A stretch of 64,000 nucleotides of DNA from Verrucomicrobia subdivision 3 bacterium UBA6082 (GTDB lineage: Bacteria; Verrucomicrobiota; Verrucomicrobiia; Limisphaerales; UBA8199): assembly GCA_002428665.1 (NCBI GenBank), contig DIXK01000067.1, positions 234,617 through 298,616 of the forward strand, written 5' to 3'. Shown piece after piece: positions 39,732-48,011 of this stretch. The first letter of the stretch is position 1; every line of letters begins with the position of its first letter. The translations under genes and the position numbers were made by a program. The notes beneath the pieces were generated by a model. That model did not search any database, was not told the origin of the DNA, and was given only the letters and a program-made list of their open reading frames with translations.

Positions 39732-42521
39732 TCAGTTCGTCGGATCAAGGAAAACAAATCCCGCGCGGACCGGTGCGGGCATGGGACTATCCGGGCCCCT
39801 TACAGATCGCCAAATGATTTCGTTGAAGAGAAAGTCATCCGCCGCATCCTCAGTCGCGAAGTCTAGCTCCATGTCTCCGCCCCAAGCTCCCGCTACGTTC
39901 AAAGCATCCAGGTTTACGTTCGCTGGCAGAGCATCATAGGGCTCAAAATCGGCTTTGGCCTGAAACGAGTGAAACATCGGGGTGGCCGCGGCGTCAAATT
40001 GGGACATGGGCTGCAGGCCTAGGATGAGTTCCATGGTGCGCAGCATGCTGCTCGTAGAATACAGAGTGGAGTCAACAAATCGCCTCTTGGTGTAGGGGCT
40101 CACCACGAAGGCGACAGTGCGGTGAGCGTCGACATGGTCTGGGCCGTTTTGCGCGTCATCTTCAACGACAAAGACCGCAGTCCGGGGCCAGAATCGAGAT
40201 TCGCTGATCGCCTGTACAATCCGGCCAAGGGCCAGATCGTTCTCGGCCAGAAACGCTGTAGGCGTCCTTGCACCCGGGGTGGCTCCATGCGTGTGATCGT
40301 TGGGCAACCGGACGATTTGGAGCCTGGGCATTTCCCCTTCACGCTCGAAGCGGCGGAGTTCACTGATGAAACGATCCGCCCGTTTCAAATCGGAATAGGT
40401 CATATCGAAACCTCGGAACCACTCGTCGAAATGACCTTCAAGGCTTTTAACTTTTGAGACGCCCGGACGTCCAAGCGGGCCATTGCTCACGAATTCACCA
40501 TAACTGCGATATGTGACTCCTGCTTCCCGGGCTCGATCCCACAAGTATCCTTCCGCGGGGGCAGCGACGGGAAAGTTGCCTTCGCTAACATAAGGGAATT
40601 TCCCGGAACGATTGTGCCCGTATCCCAGAGGCCAGAGTTTTTCAACAAAATCCGTGGCGTAGGCGCCCATGCTCCATTCATGACCATCTGCACTGACTTC
40701 GCTTTCCACGTAGAAATTATCCAACAACACAAACTCCCTGGCTAATTTATGGTGGTTCGGAGTCACGTTTTCCGGAAAGAGGCACAAAGTCGGGTCACCG
40801 TTACCCTCGGGCATATCTCCCAGCACCTGGTCGTATGTGCGGTTTTCTTTGACGATGTAGATGCAGTAGCGAATGGGACTTGGGTCTCCCGGCTTTCGGG
40901 GGATGGGATTCCCGGGCGGAGGTTTGCTCACTGTTTCAGCATTGGTTCTCATCGGCGAAGACTTGTAGGCATCCGCTGTGTACGTTCCAAGTTTTAGTAG
41001 AAACTCCTGTCCACGAGGAAGGTCGACTATACTCATTGTGCCTCGGAACAACCGTGCGATGTATTCAACCGCATTTCCGTTACGAGAGAACCTGCCTGGT
41101 ACCGGCCCATTGGGATTGGCTTTAGGAAGAAGCCCCTTGCCGTTGGCCACCAACAATCGCGAACCATCAGGCGTCACCCTGACGGAGGTGGGATACCATC
41201 CCACCGGAATAAAGCCCAACGAACGGCTCTTCCCTGGGGTGCTGACATCGAAGACTGCCACGACATTGTTGCAGGCATTCGCCACAAACAGGGTATTTTC
41301 ATCCGGGGACAGTGCGAGGCTGTTCGGGGTGGAGCCTGGTGGCGATTTTGGATGGAGAGCGGCCCAGATCGTTTCGAGGTGTTTTCCGGTTCCTGTATCC
41401 AGTACAGAGACGGTATTGCGGCTCGCATTTGCCACGTACAAAATCTTGCCGGACCGGGCCAGTGTCATTTCGCAAGGGTGGTCCTCTGTTGCCCAGCGGG
41501 CAATAACCTGGTCGGTTTTCAGATCAATTACGGCGACTGCGGACTGTGACCAAAGACTTACGTATAAGCGGTCGCTTGCTTCATCCACCTCGCAGGCATA
41601 GGGAAAGGAATCTTCCGGCCTGGAAGGATATAGACCTGCTACCGAGCGCTTTTCGGCTGCGGCCGTGTCCTCATCGATTGACGGGGGAACGAGCCTGCCC
41701 GGACGGGCATCCGTTCCGCCGGATAAGAGGATTTCGGTAACGATTGGTTGTGGTGTAAGTTTAACGCGACTCAGTTTATGTCCCCAAACGTTCGCCGCAT
41801 ACAACTCCGTGCCGGCCTCGTTCAGAGTCAGACCTGCTGGCACACCGCGTTGGTCGGGTTCGCGCAGGTGAATTCGGCGATGGTTCCCGAGTCTCCCCTC
41901 ACGAAAATCAAAGCGGTGAATCTGCTCGGTGCCTGCGCCGCTGGCAAACAACTCGCGGCCATTATGAGAGAATCGCAAGCCGTAAAACGCTTCTGAGAGG
42001 TGGGCTCTGGAAACAACTTTTTCGGTTTCAAGGTCTATGATTAGAATCTGGTGCTCACTATAACCGCAGTGAACCGCGGCGGCGAATTGCCCAGAGGGGT
42101 GAACTGCAATGTTGACTGGGAAGTCTTCCAGCTCAACCTGTTTTCCGGCGGGACGCAGCGACCACTGGTTTGGCAGCAGCACAGAACCGTCCGGTTGGGT
42201 CCCTGGCAGGCGGGTCTTTTTAGGCGCAGTTCCAGCGGTATGCGCGGGGGTACAACCGGAGAGCGCCAGGGCTAGAGCGACGCTCGCGCAGCGGAGGTAG
42301 TTGAAGGCAAGGCGGTGCCAATTGAATGGATTGGATGACTTTGTAATTGCTGCCCGACCTTCTCGTATTGTCGGTTGTCGTTGGCAAACCATGGGGATCT
42401 CGGGCCAAATGCTTTTGATCATATGTGATGATCCAAGGCTATCCGGCCTCCACACTTTTCGCCAAGAATTTGTCACAGAGTAACCAGAGATCTGCAGCGA
42501 GGGGCTTAGAAACCAAGCCAT
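39732..42521 (-). CDS. fusion of a YncE/YVTN-type beta-propeller with a phosphoesterase-family (phospholipase C / acid phosphatase-like) domain; probable lipoprotein
   Basis: Lipobox LALSGC. Repeated propeller strands are present (LYVSLWSQSAVAVIDL, ILYVANASRNTVSVLD, TLFVANACNNVVAVFD, RLLVANGKG). The C-terminal IYIVKENRTYDQVLGDM, LPNDHTHG and VVEDDAQNGPDHVDAHRT blocks near 39732-40880 are typical of PF04185-like phosphoesterases. The true start is probably internal to the longest ORF. Confidence 0.8.
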   Translation of the reverse strand: MAWFLSPSLQISGYSVTNSWRKVWRPDSLGSSHMIKSIWPEIPMVCQRQPTIREGRAAITKSSNPFNWHRLAFNYLRCASVALALALSGCTPAHTAGTAPKKTRLPGTQPDGSVLLPNQWSLRPAGKQVELEDFPVNIAVHPSGQFAAAVHCGYSEHQILIIDLETEKVVSRAHLSEAFYGLRFSHNGRELFASGAGTEQIHRFDFREGRLGNHRRIHLREPDQRGVPAGLTLNEAGTELYAANVWGHKLSRVKLTPQPIVTEILLSGGTDARPGRLVPPSIDEDTAAAEKRSVAGLYPSRPEDSFPYACEVDEASDRLYVSLWSQSAVAVIDLKTDQVIARWATEDHPCEMTLARSGKILYVANASRNTVSVLDTGTGKHLETIWAALHPKSPPGSTPNSLALSPDENTLFVANACNNVVAVFDVSTPGKSRSLGFIPVGWYPTSVRVTPDGSRLLVANGKGLLPKANPNGPVPGRFSRNGNAVEYIARLFRGTMSIVDLPRGQEFLLKLGTYTADAYKSSPMRTNAETVSKPPPGNPIPRKPGDPSPIRYCIYIVKENRTYDQVLGDMPEGNGDPTLCLFPENVTPNHHKLAREFVLLDNFYVESEVSADGHEWSMGAYATDFVEKLWPLGYGHNRSGKFPYVSEGNFPVAAPAEGYLWDRAREAGVTYRSYGEFVSNGPLGRPGVSKVKSLEGHFDEWFRGFDMTYSDLKRADRFISELRRFEREGEMPRLQIVRLPNDHTHGATPGARTPTAFLAENDLALGRIVQAISESRFWPRTAVFVVEDDAQNGPDHVDAHRTVAFVVSPYTKRRFVDSTLYSTSSMLRTMELILGLQPMSQFDAAATPMFHSFQAKADFEPYDALPANVNLDALNVAGAWGGDMELDFATEDAADDFLFNEIIWRSVRGPDSPMPAPVRAGFVFLDPTN

Positions 42522-42669
42522 GGGGCAGGTAGATTATTTGAAGGATTCCGCAGAACCCTAATAGTCGGTCCACTTCGTAACCTGGGGATCCTCCTTGCGA
42601 TTCGGCCCAAAATCTGGCACTATCCAAATCCGGGCTGTGGCGGAAAACCAGCCGGGGAAATAAAACCGC

Positions 42670-43800
42670 ATGATTGCAGCAAACCGTTTCACTGATTCAA
42701 GGGCGTGTATATGCCCAAGAAGAACTCTTTCAGGTTTCGCGGAGCACCTAGGGGCATTAATCAATGGCCATCAATGGACCGAGCATCTGTGGGACCGCAT
42801 GGCGTTGGAGTTGTTTCAACTGCAATTTGATTCCAACCCGGTTCTCCAAATGCTCGCAAAGTCAAGGAATGTCCGTCCGGAAACGCTGGAACGGTGGACC
42901 GAGATACCACCAGTTCCTATTGGGATCTTTAAGGAATGCGTGGTGTCAGCGATCGAGGCCGAAGCCCGATCCGCGGTGTTCTACAGTTCAGGAACAAGCA
43001 GCGAGTTTCGTAGCCGCCATTTTCATTGCGAGGATTCTCTGCGGATCTACGAAACGTCCGCGATAGCCTGGTATAGAGTCCACTTTCCAGGCTCATGGCA
43101 GCGAATGGTTTTTCTTACGCCGCCGCCTGCGGTCGCACCAAACTCGTCGCTGATCCATATGTTCGAGGCCATTTCCCGGGAGGCAGGGTCAATAAACTCA
43201 TATATGGGTAATCTTGATCGTAGCGGAGGATGGTCGTTGGATTATGAGGGGACTACTGAGGTATTGCTCCAGGCACAGGCAGAGGGGGGGGCGGTACTCG
43301 TCCTCGGCACTGCGTTTCTTTTTGTTCAGTTACTTGACTACTTGAGATCCAGGGCAACTCGGCTGGCATTGCCTCCTGGCTCAGCCATTTTTGAAACGGG
43401 AGGCTACAAAGGCGTTACCCGGGAATTGCCTAAAGCTCTGCTGCACGACCTTATAAGCCGACAGTTGGCAGTCTCTGGTGCCGCCATCATTTCCGAGTAT
43501 GGTATGTGCGAATTAAGTTCGCAGGCCTATGATGGCGTGGCTGGACATCCCTCTTCTGAACGGAGGTTTGCGTTTCCGCCCTGGGCGCGGTTCCGGCTTG
43601 TTTCGCCAGAGAACGGGCTTGAAGTGGGTGAAGGCCAGCCAGGATTAATCCAGGTTTTCGATTTGGCGAACGTCTATTCATCGATGGCGATTCAGACAGA
43701 AGACGTCGGTATTCGCCGGGGTGACCGCTTGGAATTGGTTGGGCGGGCGCGGGCGGCGATCCCACGGGGTTGCTCCCTGATGACAATCGCGACAGACTGA
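42670..43800 (+). CDS. LuxE-like acyl-protein synthetase (adenylate-forming)
   Basis: Collinear with Vibrio LuxE as I recall it: WTEIPPVPIGIFKE, FYSSGTS, LGTAFLFVQLLDYL, ETGGYKG, FPPWARFRLVSPENG...GQPGLIQVFDL. A near-C-terminal cysteine (PRGCSLMT) sits where LuxE is acylated. Confidence 0.8.
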   Translation: MIAANRFTDSRACICPRRTLSGFAEHLGALINGHQWTEHLWDRMALELFQLQFDSNPVLQMLAKSRNVRPETLERWTEIPPVPIGIFKECVVSAIEAEARSAVFYSSGTSSEFRSRHFHCEDSLRIYETSAIAWYRVHFPGSWQRMVFLTPPPAVAPNSSLIHMFEAISREAGSINSYMGNLDRSGGWSLDYEGTTEVLLQAQAEGGAVLVLGTAFLFVQLLDYLRSRATRLALPPGSAIFETGGYKGVTRELPKALLHDLISRQLAVSGAAIISEYGMCELSSQAYDGVAGHPSSERRFAFPPWARFRLVSPENGLEVGEGQPGLIQVFDLANVYSSMAIQTEDVGIRRGDRLELVGRARAAIPRGCSLMTIATD

Positions 43801-43828
43801 TAATGAAAGCACCTTCCCAGGCCGCTGC

Positions 43829-45067
43829 TTGCCCGCACGTGTGACACCTTCACATCCACACCGTCTACGGACACTGCTGCTTGCTGGCGTGTTGCATGCA
43901 TTCACGCATCTTTATGGTGTAGCCTTGCTACCGCTTTACCTGCGGATTCAAGCCGATTTGAACCTTGCCGGGGTGGAACAGGCTACCTTGCTGGTCACGG
44001 TGATGGGCTTGGCATATTTTCTTCCGAGCTACCCGCTTGGGGTTCTGGCAGACCGGCTTAGCCGGAAGAAGTTGCTTGCCACCGGCTTGGCCATTAACGC
44101 TGCGGGATTCGTAGGCCTGGCATTTGCCCCAGGATTCGGATGGTCGATGGCCGCTGTGATTATTGCGGGATTCGGCGGCAGTTTCTATCATCCATGCGCT
44201 ACAGCGTTGATCGCAAAACTCTTTCCTGAGGCTCGCGGTCGAGCTTTGGGGCTATTGGGCGTTGGGGCCAGTATTGGGTTCTTTCTCGGGCCGCTGTACA
44301 CCGGTTGGCGTGTGATGTCTGCCGAGAGTTGGCGTGTGCCGGTGCTCGAATTGGGAGTGCTGGGTGTCGTAGCGGCGATTGCGTTTGCCTGGTTTGCCAA
44401 GGAAGAAACCGACCGGGCAGGGGAGACAGGGCCCTCGGTCGTGGATAAACCCTTGCGGATGTTTCCAACCGTTACGGTTTGGATCCTGTTCGTCGGGATG
44501 AGCTTGCTATTCAGTATGCGTGATTTTGCCGGAAGCGCTATGGGAACGACGGCTTCGTTGTTTCTACAGTGGGCCCACGGATTCAATCCCAAGTTCACCG
44601 GTACTGCTCTCGCCGGTTTGTTTCTAATGTCCGCAGTGAGCAATCCACTTTTCGGTCACTTGAGCGACCGTGGCCGCCTGCGGTGGATCCTGTTGGTCTT
44701 GGTGTGCGCTGCGTTGCTGATAAATCTGTTCCCGCGTGTGCCAGGGACATGGGCAGTGCCGGTGCTTTTTGCTTACGGATTCTTTTTCATGGCGTGCTAT
44801 CCAATGACGGAGGCCGCGTTGATGGACGCGGTTCCTGATGCTGTGAGGGGCCGCGTCATTGGCCTTTTCATCACCCTGGCGGGCGTGGTGGCCAACATTT
44901 CGCATTGGGTATCTGGGAAATGGGTTGAGCGCCTGGGACAAGACGCAGCACTGGCGAGCCATTATTACCCTTGGTTTGCTGCACTTTCTGGAATGATAAT
45001 GGCCTCGCTTCTCGGTCTGCCCTTGCTCTATGCCCTAGCAAGGAAAACCGGCTCTTCCAACAAATAG
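43829..45067 (+). CDS. MFS transporter
   Basis: About 12 hydrophobic helices. MFS motif A-like loop GVLADRLSRKK between TM2 and TM3. The start codon is uncertain (TTG at 43829 or GTG at 43841, with no early in-frame ATG). Confidence 0.85.
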   Translation: MPARVTPSHPHRLRTLLLAGVLHAFTHLYGVALLPLYLRIQADLNLAGVEQATLLVTVMGLAYFLPSYPLGVLADRLSRKKLLATGLAINAAGFVGLAFAPGFGWSMAAVIIAGFGGSFYHPCATALIAKLFPEARGRALGLLGVGASIGFFLGPLYTGWRVMSAESWRVPVLELGVLGVVAAIAFAWFAKEETDRAGETGPSVVDKPLRMFPTVTVWILFVGMSLLFSMRDFAGSAMGTTASLFLQWAHGFNPKFTGTALAGLFLMSAVSNPLFGHLSDRGRLRWILLVLVCAALLINLFPRVPGTWAVPVLFAYGFFFMACYPMTEAALMDAVPDAVRGRVIGLFITLAGVVANISHWVSGKWVERLGQDAALASHYYPWFAALSGMIMASLLGLPLLYALARKTGSSNK

Positions 45068-45076
45068 TCAAAAACC

Positions 45077-46441
45077 ATGAATCTGCCAAATTACTTCCTT
45101 GCAGATCTTCCTGCTGAAGCCGCTCTTGGCCCCACCTTGATTCGGGAAGCATGCTTGAGTCTCAAGAGAAATCGCGAACTTTACCTCGCACGGCGTTCTA
45201 CCGGAGACTTGGTAAACAGTCTGTGTGCGGTGGCCAAGGAATGGTTGCATCCCGATTATCCCCTCCGCCGAATGGCGCTTGACGACGGCTCTCGCATGAC
45301 TGGATTCTCCAGGGCCACGATCGCGGCAGGGCTGGATTCCTTTTTCAGAGTTTTTACCCCGGATGATTTCGAAGCCTTACTGGAACAGGACCTCGGCCAC
45401 ACCCGACGATTGGACGCCGTGACCTCCCACTCCGCGGAACGACAAACCGGACGGGCGGCGATTGCTGTCTCGCCCGCACTGCTGGTCCATATTACGGCCG
45501 GAAATTTGCCTAACCCTGCCTGGATGAGTATTGTGCTGGGAGTTCTCGTGCGCTCCGCGCAGTTCGTCAAATGTGCTTCCGGCATGTCCCTCTTCACTAG
45601 GCTGTTTGCTCACTCATTGCATGAGGCAGATCCCAAGCTTGGGGCTTGTCTTGAGGTTGCCGAGTGGCCTGGTGGCACAACTACCTTGGAGGAGGAATTG
45701 TTCGATGAGGCCGACTGTGTCACAGCCACCGGTTCGGATGAGACTCTGGAGAATATTCGGCAGCGGTTGCCTTCGAGGGTTCGTTTTGTCAGTCATGGCC
45801 ATCGGCTTAGTTTTGGTTATGTGAGTGGAGAGTTTCTGGCCGGGTCGAATAAACGCATTGTCATCGCTCGCGTCGCAGCGGATGTGGCGGCATGGGACCA
45901 ATTGGGGTGCCTGTCGCCGCACGTCATTTACGTGCAACAAGACGGAGGATGCAGTGCCGAAGCCTTTGCTGAACTGCTCGCAAACGAATTGGAGGTCATT
46001 GAAGCGGTCCAACCGCGTGGAGGACTTCCCATTTCCGAGGCCGCGGCAATTGCCTCGCGGCGCTCAGTTTATGAGATCCGGGCCGCCAATTCCACCGAAA
46101 CTCGACTCTGGTGCAGCCAGAACTCCTCAGCCTGGACGGTGGTTTATGAGTCAGACCCGCGGTTCCAGGTCTCTTGTTTGAATCGTTTTGTCTACGTAAA
46201 GCCCGTACCCGACGTCGCGGCAATGTTGGCGGCTGCGGATTCAATAAGGGATAGGGTTTCAACAATCGGTCTTGCAGTGGCCGAAAGCCGTTTTCAGGAG
46301 TTGGCTGGCATCCTGGGGCGATGGGGGGCGACCCGTATTTGCCCCATGGGACGCATGCAGCAGCCACCACTGACTTGGCGGCACGACGGTCGAGGGCCAC
46401 TTGCTGAGCTTGTTACCTGGACGGACTGTGAACTACCCTGA
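45077..46441 (+). CDS. LuxC-like acyl-CoA/acyl-protein reductase (ALDH superfamily)
   Basis: LuxC-family pattern HITAGNLPNPAWMSIVLGVLVRSAQFVKCASG. Candidate catalytic cysteine in AAWDQLGCLSPHVIYV. It starts 9 nt after the MFS stop. Confidence 0.8.
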   Translation: MNLPNYFLADLPAEAALGPTLIREACLSLKRNRELYLARRSTGDLVNSLCAVAKEWLHPDYPLRRMALDDGSRMTGFSRATIAAGLDSFFRVFTPDDFEALLEQDLGHTRRLDAVTSHSAERQTGRAAIAVSPALLVHITAGNLPNPAWMSIVLGVLVRSAQFVKCASGMSLFTRLFAHSLHEADPKLGACLEVAEWPGGTTTLEEELFDEADCVTATGSDETLENIRQRLPSRVRFVSHGHRLSFGYVSGEFLAGSNKRIVIARVAADVAAWDQLGCLSPHVIYVQQDGGCSAEAFAELLANELEVIEAVQPRGGLPISEAAAIASRRSVYEIRAANSTETRLWCSQNSSAWTVVYESDPRFQVSCLNRFVYVKPVPDVAAMLAAADSIRDRVSTIGLAVAESRFQELAGILGRWGATRICPMGRMQQPPLTWRHDGRGPLAELVTWTDCELP

Positions 46442-46458
46442 TGAGCCGAACACAATGA

Positions 46459-46830
46459 GTGTTTATGAAGATGGAATTGCGAAAAACATTTCAGTTTGAA
46501 TCAGCGCACCTGTTGCCTCACCTTCCGGCAGCCCACAAATGCCGACGCCTTCACGGCCACAGCTTTCGAGTGGAGGTGGCCGTTGAGGGTGAGTGCGATC
46601 CTGGGCTTGGATGGGTCATGGACTATGCCGACATCAGCAAAGCTTTCAATCCAGTATTCAGTCAACTGGATCACTATTATTTGAACGAAGTTCCAGGACT
46701 GGAGAACCCCACCAGCGAAAACATTGCCGCGTGGATCTGGCAAAAACTTGCGCCTGTGCTACCTGGCCTGAAGGAAATAGTGGTTGCGGAAACTTGCACG
46801 GCACGTTGTATTTACCGGGGCCCGGTATAA
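46459..46830 (+). CDS. queD: 6-carboxy-5,6,7,8-tetrahydropterin synthase (QueD / PTPS family)
   Basis: FESAHLLP, CRRLHGHSF (Cys plus His-x-His zinc/catalytic motif), GWVMDYADI and ENIAAWIW blocks. Alternative ATG starts are at 46465 and 46471. Confidence 0.88.
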   Translation: MFMKMELRKTFQFESAHLLPHLPAAHKCRRLHGHSFRVEVAVEGECDPGLGWVMDYADISKAFNPVFSQLDHYYLNEVPGLENPTSENIAAWIWQKLAPVLPGLKEIVVAETCTARCIYRGPV

Positions 46831-46871
46831 CGTTCGATCCTAAAGGCAGCCTCGTTACTGTTTTATAATCA

Positions 46872-48011
46872 ATGCAAATCCCTGAGTTTCGCCAGAGAGT
46901 GTTTATGCTGCAGCTGCAAAAAACCTTAATCGTCGTCTACGTGATGGTGGCCATGGTCCATTCCATCGCGATCGCAACAAACTCCTCGTATCTGCCTCTG
47001 TCGTCGAACCAGGCCGGCCACATTACGGACCTTGCCCTAATTTACCAAGGCGGCGAAAAACGACTCGCCTGGACTGGAGAACAGTTGAGCTCTTATGTCA
47101 CCTGGACTAACCCCGTTACACGGCAAGAAGAGTGGCTGTTTGACGGTTTTCTATTCATCGAGTTCAGCGATGGTCGGGGCCGCGAATACGCAGCGGGATA
47201 CACGCATAATCCGGCGCGTCAACTGGAGTGGCAATGGCTCCTCGAGCGGAACTTCTCAACCACCAACGCTCTCGGCGCATTGGACGATGCGGTTGGCCAA
47301 GCCATAGCGCGGCTCGGAAAACCGCCTGTGCCACGCCAAGTCGTGCTCACCCTGCCTGAACCGATACGCGGGCAGACCAACTGGGGTATCGTTGCGGGTA
47401 AGAAGCTCGACTTCCAGTTATCTTCTGACCGGGTTACCGCCTGCAAATGGCATATGGACCAAGGCCTGGAGTTGTGGCGCAACGCAAAGCTTAAACACCT
47501 CCGGCTAGCAGGTTTTTATTGGGTAGCAGAACAAGCCACTCATGCACAAGATATTCTCCCGTCCATTGCCAAGGCGATGCACCAGCGTGAGTTGCGATTC
47601 TACTGGATTCCGTATTGGAACGCTGATGGCGCGGCTCGCTGGCGTGAATTAGGTTTCGATTATGCTTGGCAGCAGCCTAACCACTTCTTCCATCCGGACA
47701 AGGTGCCAGACGAGCGGCTTGGGATTGCCACCAAATTTGCTCGGACTCACGGCCTGGGTTTGGAATTCGAGGCCGATGCACGTGCGATTTCACAGCCGCA
47801 AAACTTCCGTCCGCGCCTTCATGCATACCTGGACGCTTTTGCCCGGGATGGTGTAAAGACCAACGCTTCTGTTGCGTACTATGAGGGGGGAGGTGCGCTC
47901 TTGCAGATGGCCCGCTCGACTGATCCTGACGTTCGGGCCATATATTATGCCGTGGCCCGTTGGGTCAGCGAGCGTCAGAAACTTCTAAATCCGAATCTCA
48001 CTCAGCCCTGA
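46872..48011 (+). CDS. hypothetical exported protein (possibly DUF4855-like, TIM-barrel glycosidase-like)
   Basis: Signal-like N-terminus. Blocks such as LALIYQGGEKRLAWTGEQL and WLFDGFLFIEF remind me of DUF4855 proteins, but I cannot verify this. A long intact ORF, whose stop overlaps the ABC-F start by 1 nt. Confidence 0.6.
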   Translation: MQIPEFRQRVFMLQLQKTLIVVYVMVAMVHSIAIATNSSYLPLSSNQAGHITDLALIYQGGEKRLAWTGEQLSSYVTWTNPVTRQEEWLFDGFLFIEFSDGRGREYAAGYTHNPARQLEWQWLLERNFSTTNALGALDDAVGQAIARLGKPPVPRQVVLTLPEPIRGQTNWGIVAGKKLDFQLSSDRVTACKWHMDQGLELWRNAKLKHLRLAGFYWVAEQATHAQDILPSIAKAMHQRELRFYWIPYWNADGAARWRELGFDYAWQQPNHFFHPDKVPDERLGIATKFARTHGLGLEFEADARAISQPQNFRPRLHAYLDAFARDGVKTNASVAYYEGGGALLQMARSTDPDVRAIYYAVARWVSERQKLLNPNLTQP

